From the NCBI GenBank assembly GCA_902495945.1, contig CABUZD010000001.1:1-39383 (forward strand): DNA of 39,383 nucleotides, read 5' to 3'. The notes under the pieces were generated by a model that saw nothing but the letters and a program-made list of their open reading frames with translations, did no database searches and was not told where the DNA came from. Position 1 is the stretch's first letter. Every line of letters starts with the position of its first letter. Below, in pieces: positions 25,314-36,200 of this stretch. Both the position numbers and the translations under genes were made by a program. The stretch comes from an uncultured Collinsella sp. GTDB taxonomy: Bacteria > Actinomycetota > Coriobacteriia > Coriobacteriales > Coriobacteriaceae.

Positions 25314-25524
25314 GTATAGGCGCTCCCTATCATCATTCACACTCAATCCGAATCATGATAGTACGGTGAGCCCAAAAGAAGCGTAAACAACTCGTCATTT
25401 CTAATAGGATTCGGTTTCCAAAGAAGCGGAGAGGCGCGCACCCAGCCAGTGTCGGGTCGACCACTTGGTATACTTACATTAGTGCTACCAAGTTAGTCGC
25501 CGACCCTTGAAATGAGGTGCCGAG

Positions 25525-26592
25525 ATGAACGACATTCTCGCAAGAAGAGCAAGACGAGCAACTGTGGGCATCGCCCTTTCCGCGGCACTTGTCGCGGGAA
25601 TCGCCCCCGTAACGGCGATCGCGGCAGAAACCAGCGCCCCCACCGGTGCGGCCGTTTCGCAGACGAGCGCCGCCAACGGCAATTCGGGCGCCCCGCAGAC
25701 AGAAGACGCGGCCGCCGCAAAAGAAAAAGCGTATGCAGCCATGCAGGAAGCGCTCAAAAACCTCGAGGCCGCAAAAAACGCCGCAAGTCCCGAGAAAATT
25801 GCGAGATTCAATGATGACATTACCCGTTTTCAAGAGTACCGCGAAAAGATGGCGGCGCAAGCCGCCGAAGGGAGGGAACTCCTTCCCACCATGCAAGCGG
25901 ACGTCGATGCTGCCCAAGCCAAATACGACGGGGCCATCAACCGGGTAAGCGAGCTCCAGGCAGAATTAGAGAAGAAACATGAGATGCTTAAGACACTCGA
26001 AGCACTCGGCTACGAGGAGTTTGTCGAAACTACTAAACAGCAAATAAAGCAGTTGCACAGTGAGATCATATCGGCAAAAACGCACGTAAACTATTGCGAA
26101 ACGGAGCTCCGCGAGTTCCAGTACCGCCTCAGAAGAGAGGAAAGACGAGTTAATGACTGTGAACGTGCTGTAGAGAAATATAAAGCCGATATCGACCGGT
26201 TCACAGCCTGGCGAGATGCGCTCCTCGACAATTTGAAAAAAGCGCAAACGGCCTATGACGACGCCTGCAAGGCATACGAAGAGGCAAAGGCCGCGGCAGA
26301 CAAGGCCGCCTCGCCCGAGATAACGAAACCGACCGAGACAGTGCCTCCCTCCGGCTCGACGCAACCCGCCGAGGCGACACCGCCCGTTGCCTCACCTGCA
26401 ACCGGCAAAGACGCCCCATCAAGCTCCACCAAGCAGGCGAACACGAGCAGCGGCAAGCAAGCAGATACGACCGCCGGCAAGCTCGCGAACACGGGCGATG
26501 CAGCGCCGAGCGCAATCGCACTCGCAGCAGTCGCCGCCGCAGGACTCGGAATAACCGCCACGGCCACACGCCGCCTCAGGAACCCAAAATAG
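25525..26592 (+). CDS. Sortase-anchored coiled-coil surface protein (LANTG)
   Basis: TGnTATACT at 25466-25474, GAGGTG RBS, signal peptide, long K/E/A/Q helical region, P/S/T linker, LANTG + TM + RRLR. Confidence 0.85.
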   Translation: MNDILARRARRATVGIALSAALVAGIAPVTAIAAETSAPTGAAVSQTSAANGNSGAPQTEDAAAAKEKAYAAMQEALKNLEAAKNAASPEKIARFNDDITRFQEYREKMAAQAAEGRELLPTMQADVDAAQAKYDGAINRVSELQAELEKKHEMLKTLEALGYEEFVETTKQQIKQLHSEIISAKTHVNYCETELREFQYRLRREERRVNDCERAVEKYKADIDRFTAWRDALLDNLKKAQTAYDDACKAYEEAKAAADKAASPEITKPTETVPPSGSTQPAEATPPVASPATGKDAPSSSTKQANTSSGKQADTTAGKLANTGDAAPSAIALAAVAAAGLGITATATRRLRNPK

Positions 26593-26635
26593 CTGCCAGC
26601 GGTTATTGTCTTCGCCAATCCACAAGCCAAGAGAC

Positions 26636-26677
26636 AAAAAGAGGTCCGTTTCCCCAACCCAGGGAAACGGACCTCTT
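26636..26677. terminator. Intrinsic terminator (bidirectional type)
   Basis: aaagaggtccgtttccc-caaccca-gggaaacggacctcttt. Confidence 0.8.
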
Positions 26678-26946
26678 TACTTGTAAAAACAGATGGTAAT
26701 GCCGCCGTCTCTTGAACCACGTAGCCATCAATGCCCAGACAACACTAGCAAGCCGCGTTCCTTAAGGGATAGATTTAATTAGGCTAACGCGCCTTTACGG
26801 GTGATTTTTGGACGATGCGGTTCCGGTGCCGGCGGGCTGTTTGGTAGTCGAGCGATCCCGCAGGCAAAGCCGAGGACCAGCGAGACACCAAACACTTCGC
26901 CGCCTCCTGGACCGCGTAGCCATCGATGTTTTGGCAAAGCCAGCGA

Positions 26947-27046
26947 GCGCCACCCAGAGCGAACAAGTTGGCATGAAAAAGGCAAGGCATAGACCTTCTG
27001 GTCATGCCTTGCCTTTTGAATGACAAATTGTCGCTCTGGGTGGCGC
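26947..27046. repeat. 100-bp imperfect palindrome downstream of the SRP RNA gene
   Basis: gcgccacccagagcga / tcgctctgggtggcgc outer stem; aaaaggcaaggcat / atgccttgcctttt inner stem; gacc-ttct-ggtc apex. Confidence 0.7.
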
Positions 27047-27092
27047 GCAGCGTCGAGCATTGCGCGGTTTGGTAAAACCGCGCAAAAAGAAA

Positions 27093-27208
27093 GCCCGTGC
27101 GCTCGATGGATCCGGATGCCCGACAGAGGCTCCTTATGGCTGCTTCCTTCCGGACCTGACCAGATTCGGAACATGTCGTCATCCGAACCCATCGAACGCG
27201 CTAGGCGC
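27093..27208 (-). ncRNA. ffs: Signal recognition particle RNA (small bacterial SRP, 4.5S)
   Basis: Minus strand carries the helix-8 signature ggtcaggtccggaaggaagcagcc inside a long closing stem gcgttcgatgggttcggatg / catccggatccatcgagcgc, followed by a U-rich tract. Confidence 0.92.
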
Positions 27209-27215
27209 TCGGTAT

Positions 27216-27244
27216 ATCTTACCTGCTCCCGCCCGCCACGGCAA
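27216..27244 (-). promoter_or_regulatory. Sigma70-type promoter of ffs
   Basis: TTGCCG (27244-27239), 17 bp, TAAGAT (27221-27216). Confidence 0.7.
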
Positions 27245-27278
27245 GTGGGGCGAACCCATCGGATGGATTCGCCCCACT
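27244..27278 (-). terminator. Hairpin directly after the giant adhesin stop codon
   Basis: agtggggcgaacccatc-g-gatggattcgccccact; weak U-tract. Confidence 0.55.
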
Positions 27279-27289
27279 CGTCCATATCG

Positions 27290-30200
27290 CTAGCGGCGCC
27301 TACGGTACAGGGCCGCGCCGCCCGCGACGGCCAGCGCGCCGATGCCGGCCATGGCCGCGAGCGCCTCGACCGGCAGGCTGCGGTCGCCGGTGTCGGGCAT
27401 GCCGCCCTTGGAGCCGTCGCCGCCGGAGCCGCTGCCGGAGCCGTTATCTGAACCGCCGCCTGAGCCGCCGCCCGGCGTGCCGGGGTTCTCGGGGGTGCCG
27501 GGGGTCCCGGGATTCTCGGCGTAGCTGTTGGTGAAGACCGGCGGCAGGTTGGCGTCGCCCTCGTAGGAGACCCTCGCCGACAGGTAGCCCGTCCTGGTGC
27601 CGTCTGCCGCCTCGTCGCTCACCGTGACGACGATCTTGCGCACCGCCTTGTCGTAGGTCACGTGCGCCTGGCCATCATCGGCCTCGCTCACCGTAAAGGT
27701 GTAGGTGCCGACCTGCTTGAAGGTCAGCACATCGAACGTGACGCTGCCGTCCGCGGCGTTCTTGGCGGTCGACATGACCTTGCCGTCCCGGCTCTTGAGC
27801 TCAAAGCTAAACTGGCCCGCCTTGAGCTCGGCGCCCTTGAGCACCTTGGCGGCGCCCAGCTTGAGGGTGACGGGTGCGGCCTTGTAGCCGTTGGTGAAGG
27901 TCACCGAGGTGTCGTTTGCGGCATTGCCCTCGGCATCCATGAGCTCGTGCTTGACAGCGAGTGTGCCGTTGCCGGCATCGGTGACCGTCGTGCGCACGCG
28001 GTACGTCGTCTTGTCGTACGTCACGCCGCCCGCCGTGCCGGCGACCTCGCGCAGCTCGTAGCCGTGCGCGCCGGGCGCGGTGTAGGTGACGGGGCTGAGC
28101 ACGACCGTGCCGTCGGCGGCGTTCTTGCCCGTCGCCGCAACGCTCTCGCTGCCGTCGGCGGCGATCTCGACCAGCTGGAACTCGAACTCGCCTTCGGCCA
28201 GGTCGCGGCCCTCGAGCTTCTTGTTCACCGTGATCTGGTCGGTGACGGAGCTCGGCGTCGGGTTCACGCCGTAGGTGTTGGTGAACTCGAACGCGCCCTT
28301 GCCCTCGGGCGTGCCCTCTGCGGGCAGGACCTCCGCGGAGAGCGTGCCCGCGTTGGTGTCCTCGACCACCTTGACCGTGAAGGTCCTGGTCGCCGTCGCG
28401 TCGTTGGCCACGCCGTCGACCGAGCCGGACTCGCTCACCCGGTAGGCGAACGTCTTGGTGCGCAGGCCGTCGCGGTCGATCTCGACGTCATCGAGGTCGC
28501 TCGGCTGCTTAAACGTGACGTGGCCCAGCTCGACGTTGCCGGCGGCGTCGTTGGTCGCCTCGGTCACCGTCTTGCCGGAGGCGTCGGCCGGCGCGGGCGC
28601 GCCGTCCAGCGGCGCGATCTTAAAGGTGTACTTGCCCTCGATGTCGGCCTGCGTGAGGCCGAGCCCGGCCTGGCCGAGCGCCAGCGTCTTGGTGCCCGCG
28701 AGGTCGACTGTCGCCTCGTTGGTGCCGTAGCCGTTCACGAACGACAGCGTGCCGCCGGAGCCCTCGGGGTAGACCACGGCAGTGTCCAGCCCGCCCTTGC
28801 CGTTATCGGTCACCTTGACCGTGATGTCGAAGCTCGAGGCGGTCGCCGTCACGCCCGCGGGCAGCCGGTCCGTGCCGTCCTCGGATACGGTATAGGGAAT
28901 GGCCCATGAGCCGTCGGCGGCCCTGGTGGCGGTGCCGTCCGCCACCATCTGCTCGAGAGTGTCGGTGGTGTAGGCGATGGGCGAGAACGCGAGCCCCGCG
29001 GCCTCGCCGTCGCCGGAGGCCCGGTTGGTCGCGGTCGCGACCACGTCGCCCTGGGCATCGCGGACGGAGAACGAGAACTCGCCTGCCGCCGCGGCGCGGC
29101 CCGTCAGCGTCTTGGTGGCGTTAATTGCCACGTTGCCCTCGCCGCCGAGCGTTCCGGTGGCCTCGTAGGAGTTCTCGAACGCGACCGTCACAAGCGCGGG
29201 CGTCTCCGTGGCGTCATCTGCCGTGGAGACCTCGCTGCGGGCGACCTCGACACCGTCCTTGGCAACCGTGGTCGTGACCGTGAGCTTGCCCGTCGCGGCG
29301 TCGTAGCCGGGCGCGATGGCCACCGTGCGCGGCGCGGTGTCGTTGGTGTAGCCCTCGCCGCCGAGCTTGGTCTCGGTGACGGTGAAGCTGTAGGTCTTGC
29401 CCGCGTCGGCGTCGGTGAACTTCACGTCGCTCTCCGCGGCACCGCCGACGAGGTCGACCAGGTCGGCCTCTCCGTCATCGGCAGCGGCCACGGCGTAGGC
29501 GTCCTTGCCGGTCTTGAGGCCGAGCTTGGCGGCCGTCTCGGCGTCGGCGGTCACGGTGAAGGCGAACTGCCCCGCCTCCATGGCGCGGCCGGAGAGCGTC
29601 TTGGACAGGCGCACGCCCGCGCGGGCCGAATAGTCGAGCTCAGTCGTGTAGGTGTTGACGAAGTCGCCACCGCTCACCTGCGCGATCGCGGGCGTCGTGG
29701 CCGTGAGGTTGCCGGAACCGTCGTCGGTCACGGTCACCGTCATCGTGGCGACGTGGCCGTCGTAGGCCACGCCGGCGATGGCGGAGCCGTCATCGGGCCT
29801 GACCTCGCGCACCGTGTAGGTGAAGGTCTTGGCGCGCACGCGCTTGCCGCCGACCTCGGCGAACCCGGCGTCCTTGATGTCATCGAGCGTGTAGCGGATG
29901 GGGCCGAAGTCGAAGGCGACCCTATCGCCCGCCCTGGTGCCGGCGGCGGCCGTCACGCTGACGGTCTTGGAGCCGTCGGCAGACCCCTCGGGCATGGGGG
30001 CGCCGCCCTCGCCCGCGAGCGCGAACTGGAAGCTGTCGCCCTCCGCCCAGTCGCGGCCCTCGAGCGTCTTGGTGAAGAGTCCCGCGGTGGAGATGTCCCT
30101 GCCCTCGGTGGCCGTTCCGTACGTGTTGGTGAACGCGACGGTCGCGCCGTCCTCGGTCACGGCGCCTTCGGCCTTGGAGCCGTCAGCCCCGTTGACCGCA

Positions 30201-33200
30201 GCCGTGTAGCCCTCGACGGCATCCTCGGTCACGGTGTAGCGCGCGCCCACGGGCAGGCCGGCGACGGTCTTCTCCCCGCCGTCCTTGAGCGTGAAGGTCG
30301 CCTTGCCGTCTGTGAACGTGACGACGTGCTCGCCCTTGCCGAAGGTGCCGGAGACGGGCTCGCCGTCCCCGTCGGCCAGCGCGACCGTGAAGCCGAACTC
30401 GCGCTGGCTGTCGCCGCCGACGACCGTCTTCTTGACGGTGAGGCTGCCGGTCTTGGCGGTGTTGGTAAAGACCGCCGCCTCGACCGTGCGCTCAGCAGCG
30501 TCGCCCGCATCGTCGGTCAGCTGTGCAATCTTGGTCTTGGCAAACAGCTTACCGGCGCCATCGTCGGCCACCGTGACGGTGGCACGATAGGTGGCCTTCG
30601 AGAAGATGAGCGACGTCTCGTCACCCGACGGCTCGGTAATCACATAGGTATAGGTACCGGGCTTGGTGTACTCGATGGTACCGAAGTTGCCGACCTGGGC
30701 ATCCTTGTGCAACTCAATCGTCGACACGCCCTCCTTGGCGCCCTTGGGCATGGGTGCCTCACCCTGGGCAGTCAGCATCATGGTAAAGGCATCCGCCTTA
30801 GTCCAGTTGCGACCGGAGATCTTCTTTTGAACCTTAAAAGCGTTCTCCACCTTTGTGGACTCCACGCTGTAGACGTTGGTGAAGCCCACCTTCGTCGCCT
30901 GTCCGACGGTACCCTTCTGGGGGTTCGCCTTATCGACAACCGCAAAGCCGTCCTCGCTCGTCATGAGCTCACCCTTGGAGTCGAGCTCCTGCACCTCGTA
31001 GTGCGCACCTATGGGCAAGGTAACCGTGACGGAGCCGCCGGCCTTAAGCGCGATGGTGTCACCGCTCTTGATCTGTCCGCTTACATAAGTGCCGTTGGTG
31101 CCATCGGGGCGACCGGCGTACGCAAAGGTGCCGGCCAGAGGCGTTGTGCCATCGGCCTGGTAGAGCAGCACCTTAAAGGTAAATGCCTTGTTGGGCGCGG
31201 TGATGCCTTCGGCGGCCGTGACCGTCTTGCTCAACGTCAGGCGCCCGTCAGAAACCTGATCGGTGGTGGTGTTGGTCTTGACGGCAGGGTTGTTGCCGAC
31301 CGCCACCGACGCCTGATTGGAGATGTCGCCCGAAGCGCCACCGCTCTTAAACGCGTCCTCGGTCACGCGAACCTTAAACTGAACCGTGCCCTCCTTGCCT
31401 GCGGGAACGTCCTTCAACGTCCAGGTAAGGCTGCCGTCATTGCCCTTGGAGCCGGCATCCTTATGGTCGCCGGCGAACTCCACGAACTCGGTTCCCGCGG
31501 GAACGGCATCGGTGATCGTTACCGTGGCAGACGCGCCCTCGGTGTTCTTGTAGCCGATGGTGTAGGTGAGTTCGTCGCCCAGCGCCACGCCCGACCCATT
31601 CGAATCCTGGACATCGCTCTCGGACTTCTTGGGTACGAAGTTCGTCGTGGTGCCGGTATAACTCTTGTTGTCAACCGTAACGATAGCTTTGTTCTCAACG
31701 GTGCCGACCGCACCCTGGGCATCCTTCACAGCGTCCTCGGTGATCTTTACGCGCACGCGCACCGAACCGTGGCTGCCCGCGGGTTGCTTACCCAGGTCCC
31801 AAGTAAGCGACTGGCCGCTCGCAGCGCCCTTATCGGCATACTCGCCCTCAAAGGCCTCGAACACAACGCCGACAGGAAGCTCGTCTTTCACGGTCACGTT
31901 GGCGGAGACCAGGTTGCCGTCAGCATCGGTCTCGGCGTTGACCCAGTTGATGGTATAGACGTAGGAGTCGCCCACAGAGAGCAGCTGCCCGTCGATGTCC
32001 ACATCGGGCTTCGCGACCGTGCCGATCGTCTTGACCTTATCGCGCGTATTGTGGAAAACGATCTTGCCCTTCTCGGCACCATTGCGATAGGTCACCTTGG
32101 GCGTCAGCGTGCCGTCGTTGTTGTCGGTCACCTCGAGCAGCACGCGGCACGTCGCAGACGTATCCACGGGACGCACACCCTCGGGCAGGTTGGCCATGCG
32201 CTCCTTTGCCACCAGGTTAAAGCTGTAGGTGGTGGTGTGGTCGGCATTGTGACGCTTGGTGGCAATGCCATCGTTGACGGCGCCGGCGAGGTCAATCGTC
32301 TGCTCATGAGTTCCGCTGGTAGCATCGCCAAGCTTAAAGTTAACCTTACCAAAGTCGACCGTAGCGGTACCGTCCTCGTCCGCCCGAGTCGTGCCCTCAT
32401 CCATCTTTTCGAGCGAGCCGTCGGCCTTCTCGGCATACAGGTCAAACGTATACTGGCCAGTCTCGATCTTGTCGCCGGAGTCCATCACCTTCTCGGCAGT
32501 AAGACCGTCGAATGTTCCGGTCGCAGCGTAGCTGTTGGTAAAGAACACCTGAGCCTTGGCGGTACCGCTCTCGGAGCTGAAGATCTTTTTCTCGTGGGGC
32601 TCTTCAGCTTCATTGGCGTCATAGTGCTTGGCCGTGGTCACGGTATAGAGCGAACCATCGCGGCGATTATTAACCGCAATCTCTACCATCCAATAGGTGG
32701 AGTCGTATGTATAGCCGCCCTTGCCGCCGCCATTCTCGACAACCTTGTAAGTAAACGTCTTACCCGCATCTTCCGTCGCAAAGGTCAGGCCACCCAAAAT
32801 GCCGGTATGGGACGTGCCATCGGCCTGCGGCTCATCGTTTGTCACGGTGAGCTTGCCCTCATCTGCGCGCAGCAGCTTGTTGAGCTTATCGGTCGAGGCG
32901 GCGTCTTCGCCCGTTACCGTAAAGCCAAACATGCCGGCATGCAGGTCGTGCCCGTTGAGCGTCTTGACGATCTCCAGACCGCCCTGGAGCTCGTAGCTCG
33001 TCGAGGTGCGATACCTATTGGTGAAGATGAAGCCTTCCGAGCCGGTCGCGCCATCGGCGCGGGCCACAAGCTTGCCGCCCTCATCGGTTGCGGTAATGGT
33101 CAAGGTATAGATGTGCGCGTCATACGTCCACTCGCCGAGGCCGCCATTCGGGGCCAGCTCGTTAATAGCAAACTTATACGTGCCCGGCTTGTTAAAGGTG

Positions 33201-36200
33201 AGCTTCGAGAAGTCGAGCTTATAGTGCTCCCCGTCCTTGAGGGCCGCCGTCGTTTGCTTCTCCTCAGCGTAGCCGTTCTCCGCGCTCATCGAAGAGCCGG
33301 TGATGAGCTTGCCATCGATGGCAGTCTTAGTAGCATCGTCAGCCGCGGTCATAGCAAAGGTGAACTTGCCCGGAGCATCGGCACCGGCAACCACCTTCGT
33401 CACGGACGGGGTGTAGGTTGCCGCCTCGGTGACCGTATAGGTGTTCTTGAATTTGACCGTCGCGACACCGGTGGACGTTGCACCCGACGGATAGATCCAC
33501 TGGCCCTCGAGCTCGTCCTTGCCATCGACCTGCTTGCTTACCGCTGTCGTGACTCTAAGCGTACCGTCGCCGTTATCCGCTACGACGGCCCTAACCGTAT
33601 GGATCGTCTTGTCGTACGTATAGCCCGTCGCCTTGTCGTCAATCTCACTCACCGTATAGGTGAACGTCTTGCCGGCATCATCCTGAGTGAAGGTCAACCC
33701 ACCCGCAGGTATCAAACTCACGGTCTTGGGGGCGTCGGCCTCGACATTTGCGGTCTCAAAGACTTTGCCGTCCGTGGAAATGCCAACCTTGCTGGCAGAT
33801 GTCTCGTCAGCAGGCTTGACGATATAACGGAACGTGCTCTTAGGCGAGCCAAAAATGGTCGCATCCTTGGGATACGTCAACGTCTTCTCGATCTGCAAAC
33901 CGCCAGCGGCGCCATAGTCGAGGCTTGCCGTGTAACGGTTCACAAACGAGACAGTAGGCGTCGTAGCGCCGGCCTCACTTGCATCGTACTGCTGCACGTA
34001 AGTATTCGAATCTTGCTTGAGCTGGACGATCTTTTCGTCCGTCAGCGCGCTCGCGTCGGCACCGTCGCCCAGCAGTTCCGTCACACCCGCGCCCTTGAGC
34101 ACGGTCGTCACGGCGTAGAGCTTAGCGGGGTCGTCCTTGCGTGCTAGAACCTTGACGAGCACAATAGCGTCACCAGTGTAGCCGGTGTCATAGGCGTAGC
34201 CGGCAGCCGCAGGCTGGTTCTCGCGGATGCGATAGGCAAACGTATGGCCCAGATCCTGCTCCGTGAGTGTACGAGCAAAGAGCTTCTCTTGCCCGCTTGC
34301 GCCCACCACGGCACCGGACACGCCGGCCCCCGCAGCCTTATTGGACAGGCTAGCCTCGGCGCCGTCGACCGACGTCTGAACGCCGTTGTACCAAAGGCCC
34401 GTCACGGCAAAGGTAAACTGGCCCGCGGCAGAAGCGCGACCCTCAAGGGTCTTGCTGACCGTCACGCCATCAAAGGTGCCCGACGCATGGTATGCGTTGG
34501 TAAAGGCGGCCTTGTCAGCTACGGCCTTGTCCGCATCGGAGGCGCCGGTGTTGGCGTAGGTCACGCTCGACACGCGCAGCTTGCCCGTGTGGTTGCCCGA
34601 CTCGTCCAGATCGGTCACCACGACGGTCGCGCGTGCGGTGTGCTTGTCCATGGACATGCCCGCCTGGCCATCCTGCGCAGCTTTCTCGGTGATGTTGAAG
34701 CTAAAGGTGCCTGCGCGGTTGAACGTCACGGTCGGGGCGGCTTCGGTGCCAAAGGCGAACGAGGCCACGCGCCCCGTCGCGGGCGCACTGGCGACAGCCC
34801 GGTTGACGCCGATGGCAACAGCCCCATCCGTTACCGCCTGCTTTGTGGTCTTGCCCAAACCGGTCGCACCGGCATCGTCCGTAGCGGCAGCAAGGTTAAA
34901 GGCATAGCTCTCGCCCTGATTCCAGTCACGACCGCTCACGGTCTTTTGGCCCTGCAGGGTCACGCTCGTGGGCTCCACGCTATATATATTGGTAAAGGAG
35001 GGCGTGACATTCTCGTCCAGCTGCTTTACCGAGTTGTTTTCTGCGGCCTTGTAGTACTCGACCGAGGTCTGGATGCCGGCACCCTTCTTGTCGTTGCGCA
35101 CCACGGCGTAATAGACCGATCCATCGTAGGTCATGCCCGTAACGCTGCCGCGATTCTCGGCGAACTTGTAAACGTAGGCGCGTCCCGCATCCGCCTTGGC
35201 GGTATAGGAGATCACCGGCCACGTCACCGTGCCGTCGGCGTTGTTGCCCACGGTTGCGGTGTTGCCCTCGGCGCCCTGGGGCATGGGGGCCTTGATGCTC
35301 GTGTCGACCTTATCGGGATCGAACGCTGCATTGTCGTCCGCATAGCCGCCCACACGCTCGAGCTTAAAGCTAAAGGCGTTCTGGGAAAGCGGGAAACTCC
35401 CGGCGTTGTCGGTCAGGTTCTTTTGGGCATGGATGATGATGCTATGTTCGTGCGTATCGTAACGGTTGGTGAAGGTTGCGATCTTATCGGCAACCTCTGC
35501 GGCAGCCGGTTCGCCTGCGTCATCGCGCACCTGCACCACTTCCACGCTCTTGACGACCAATGCACCGGCTTGGTTATCCTCCACCACGACCTTCGCAGTA
35601 TAGGAGGCGGCAGAGTAGCTTATGCCATCCGCCCTGGCATTGGAGCCGGGGATAACCTCCTTGATGGTATAGGTGTACGTGCCTGGCTTGGTATAGGTGA
35701 TGTCGCCAAACGTCGCCGGCTGGTCGTTGGTGAGCTCAACCGTAGCCACCTTGCTCTTGGCGCCGCCGGGCATGGGGACGCCGTCGTCGGCTGTAAGCTG
35801 CACGGTAAAAGTATCGCCATCGGCCCAATTGCGGCCCTCGAGCACCTTCTTGGCGCTTAGGCCATTCTTTACGGGGTTGACACTGTAGTTGTTGGTGAAC
35901 TCTAGCTTGTTGCTCGCGGGAATCTTTCCGTCCTCGAGCGCGACGATCTTGCCCGTGATGGTGTTGCCGGTTCCGGACTGCTCCTCGCCGCCGGCCTTGC
36001 GGCTCACGAGGCTAAAGCCAGCCGGAAGCACCGACTCGCCGGCAGAGCCGGTCACAGTGTTAACGATGCTCGCCAGCACATTGCCACTGGACTCCTCGCC
36101 CTTGGTGGTGAGCTCGCTCACGCTGTAGCTGTCGTCCTTCTTAAGGTCGTAAACGCGAATGGTCTCGCCGGCCTTGATGGAATGGGTGTCGCCGTTCTTA

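Noticed and set aside
21660..25319. 1219-aa plus-strand ORF (likewise 7864-9972, 9758-11974, 29753-34147, 34244-35860 and 209-1897)
   Set aside because: Antisense shadows of well-supported genes in GC-rich DNA; no recognisable motifs.
27093..27208. ffs as the attachment site of an integrated island
   Set aside because: No duplicate of the ffs 3' end and no integrase seen in the window.
26779..27451. ORFs 26779-27285, 26784-27182 and 27020-27451
   Set aside because: They overlap the SRP RNA, its promoter and palindromes; no protein motifs.
27415..27515. Short tandem repeats encoding PGTPENPGTP/GGSGGGS
   Set aside because: Ordinary low-complexity wall-spanning linker before the sortase motif.
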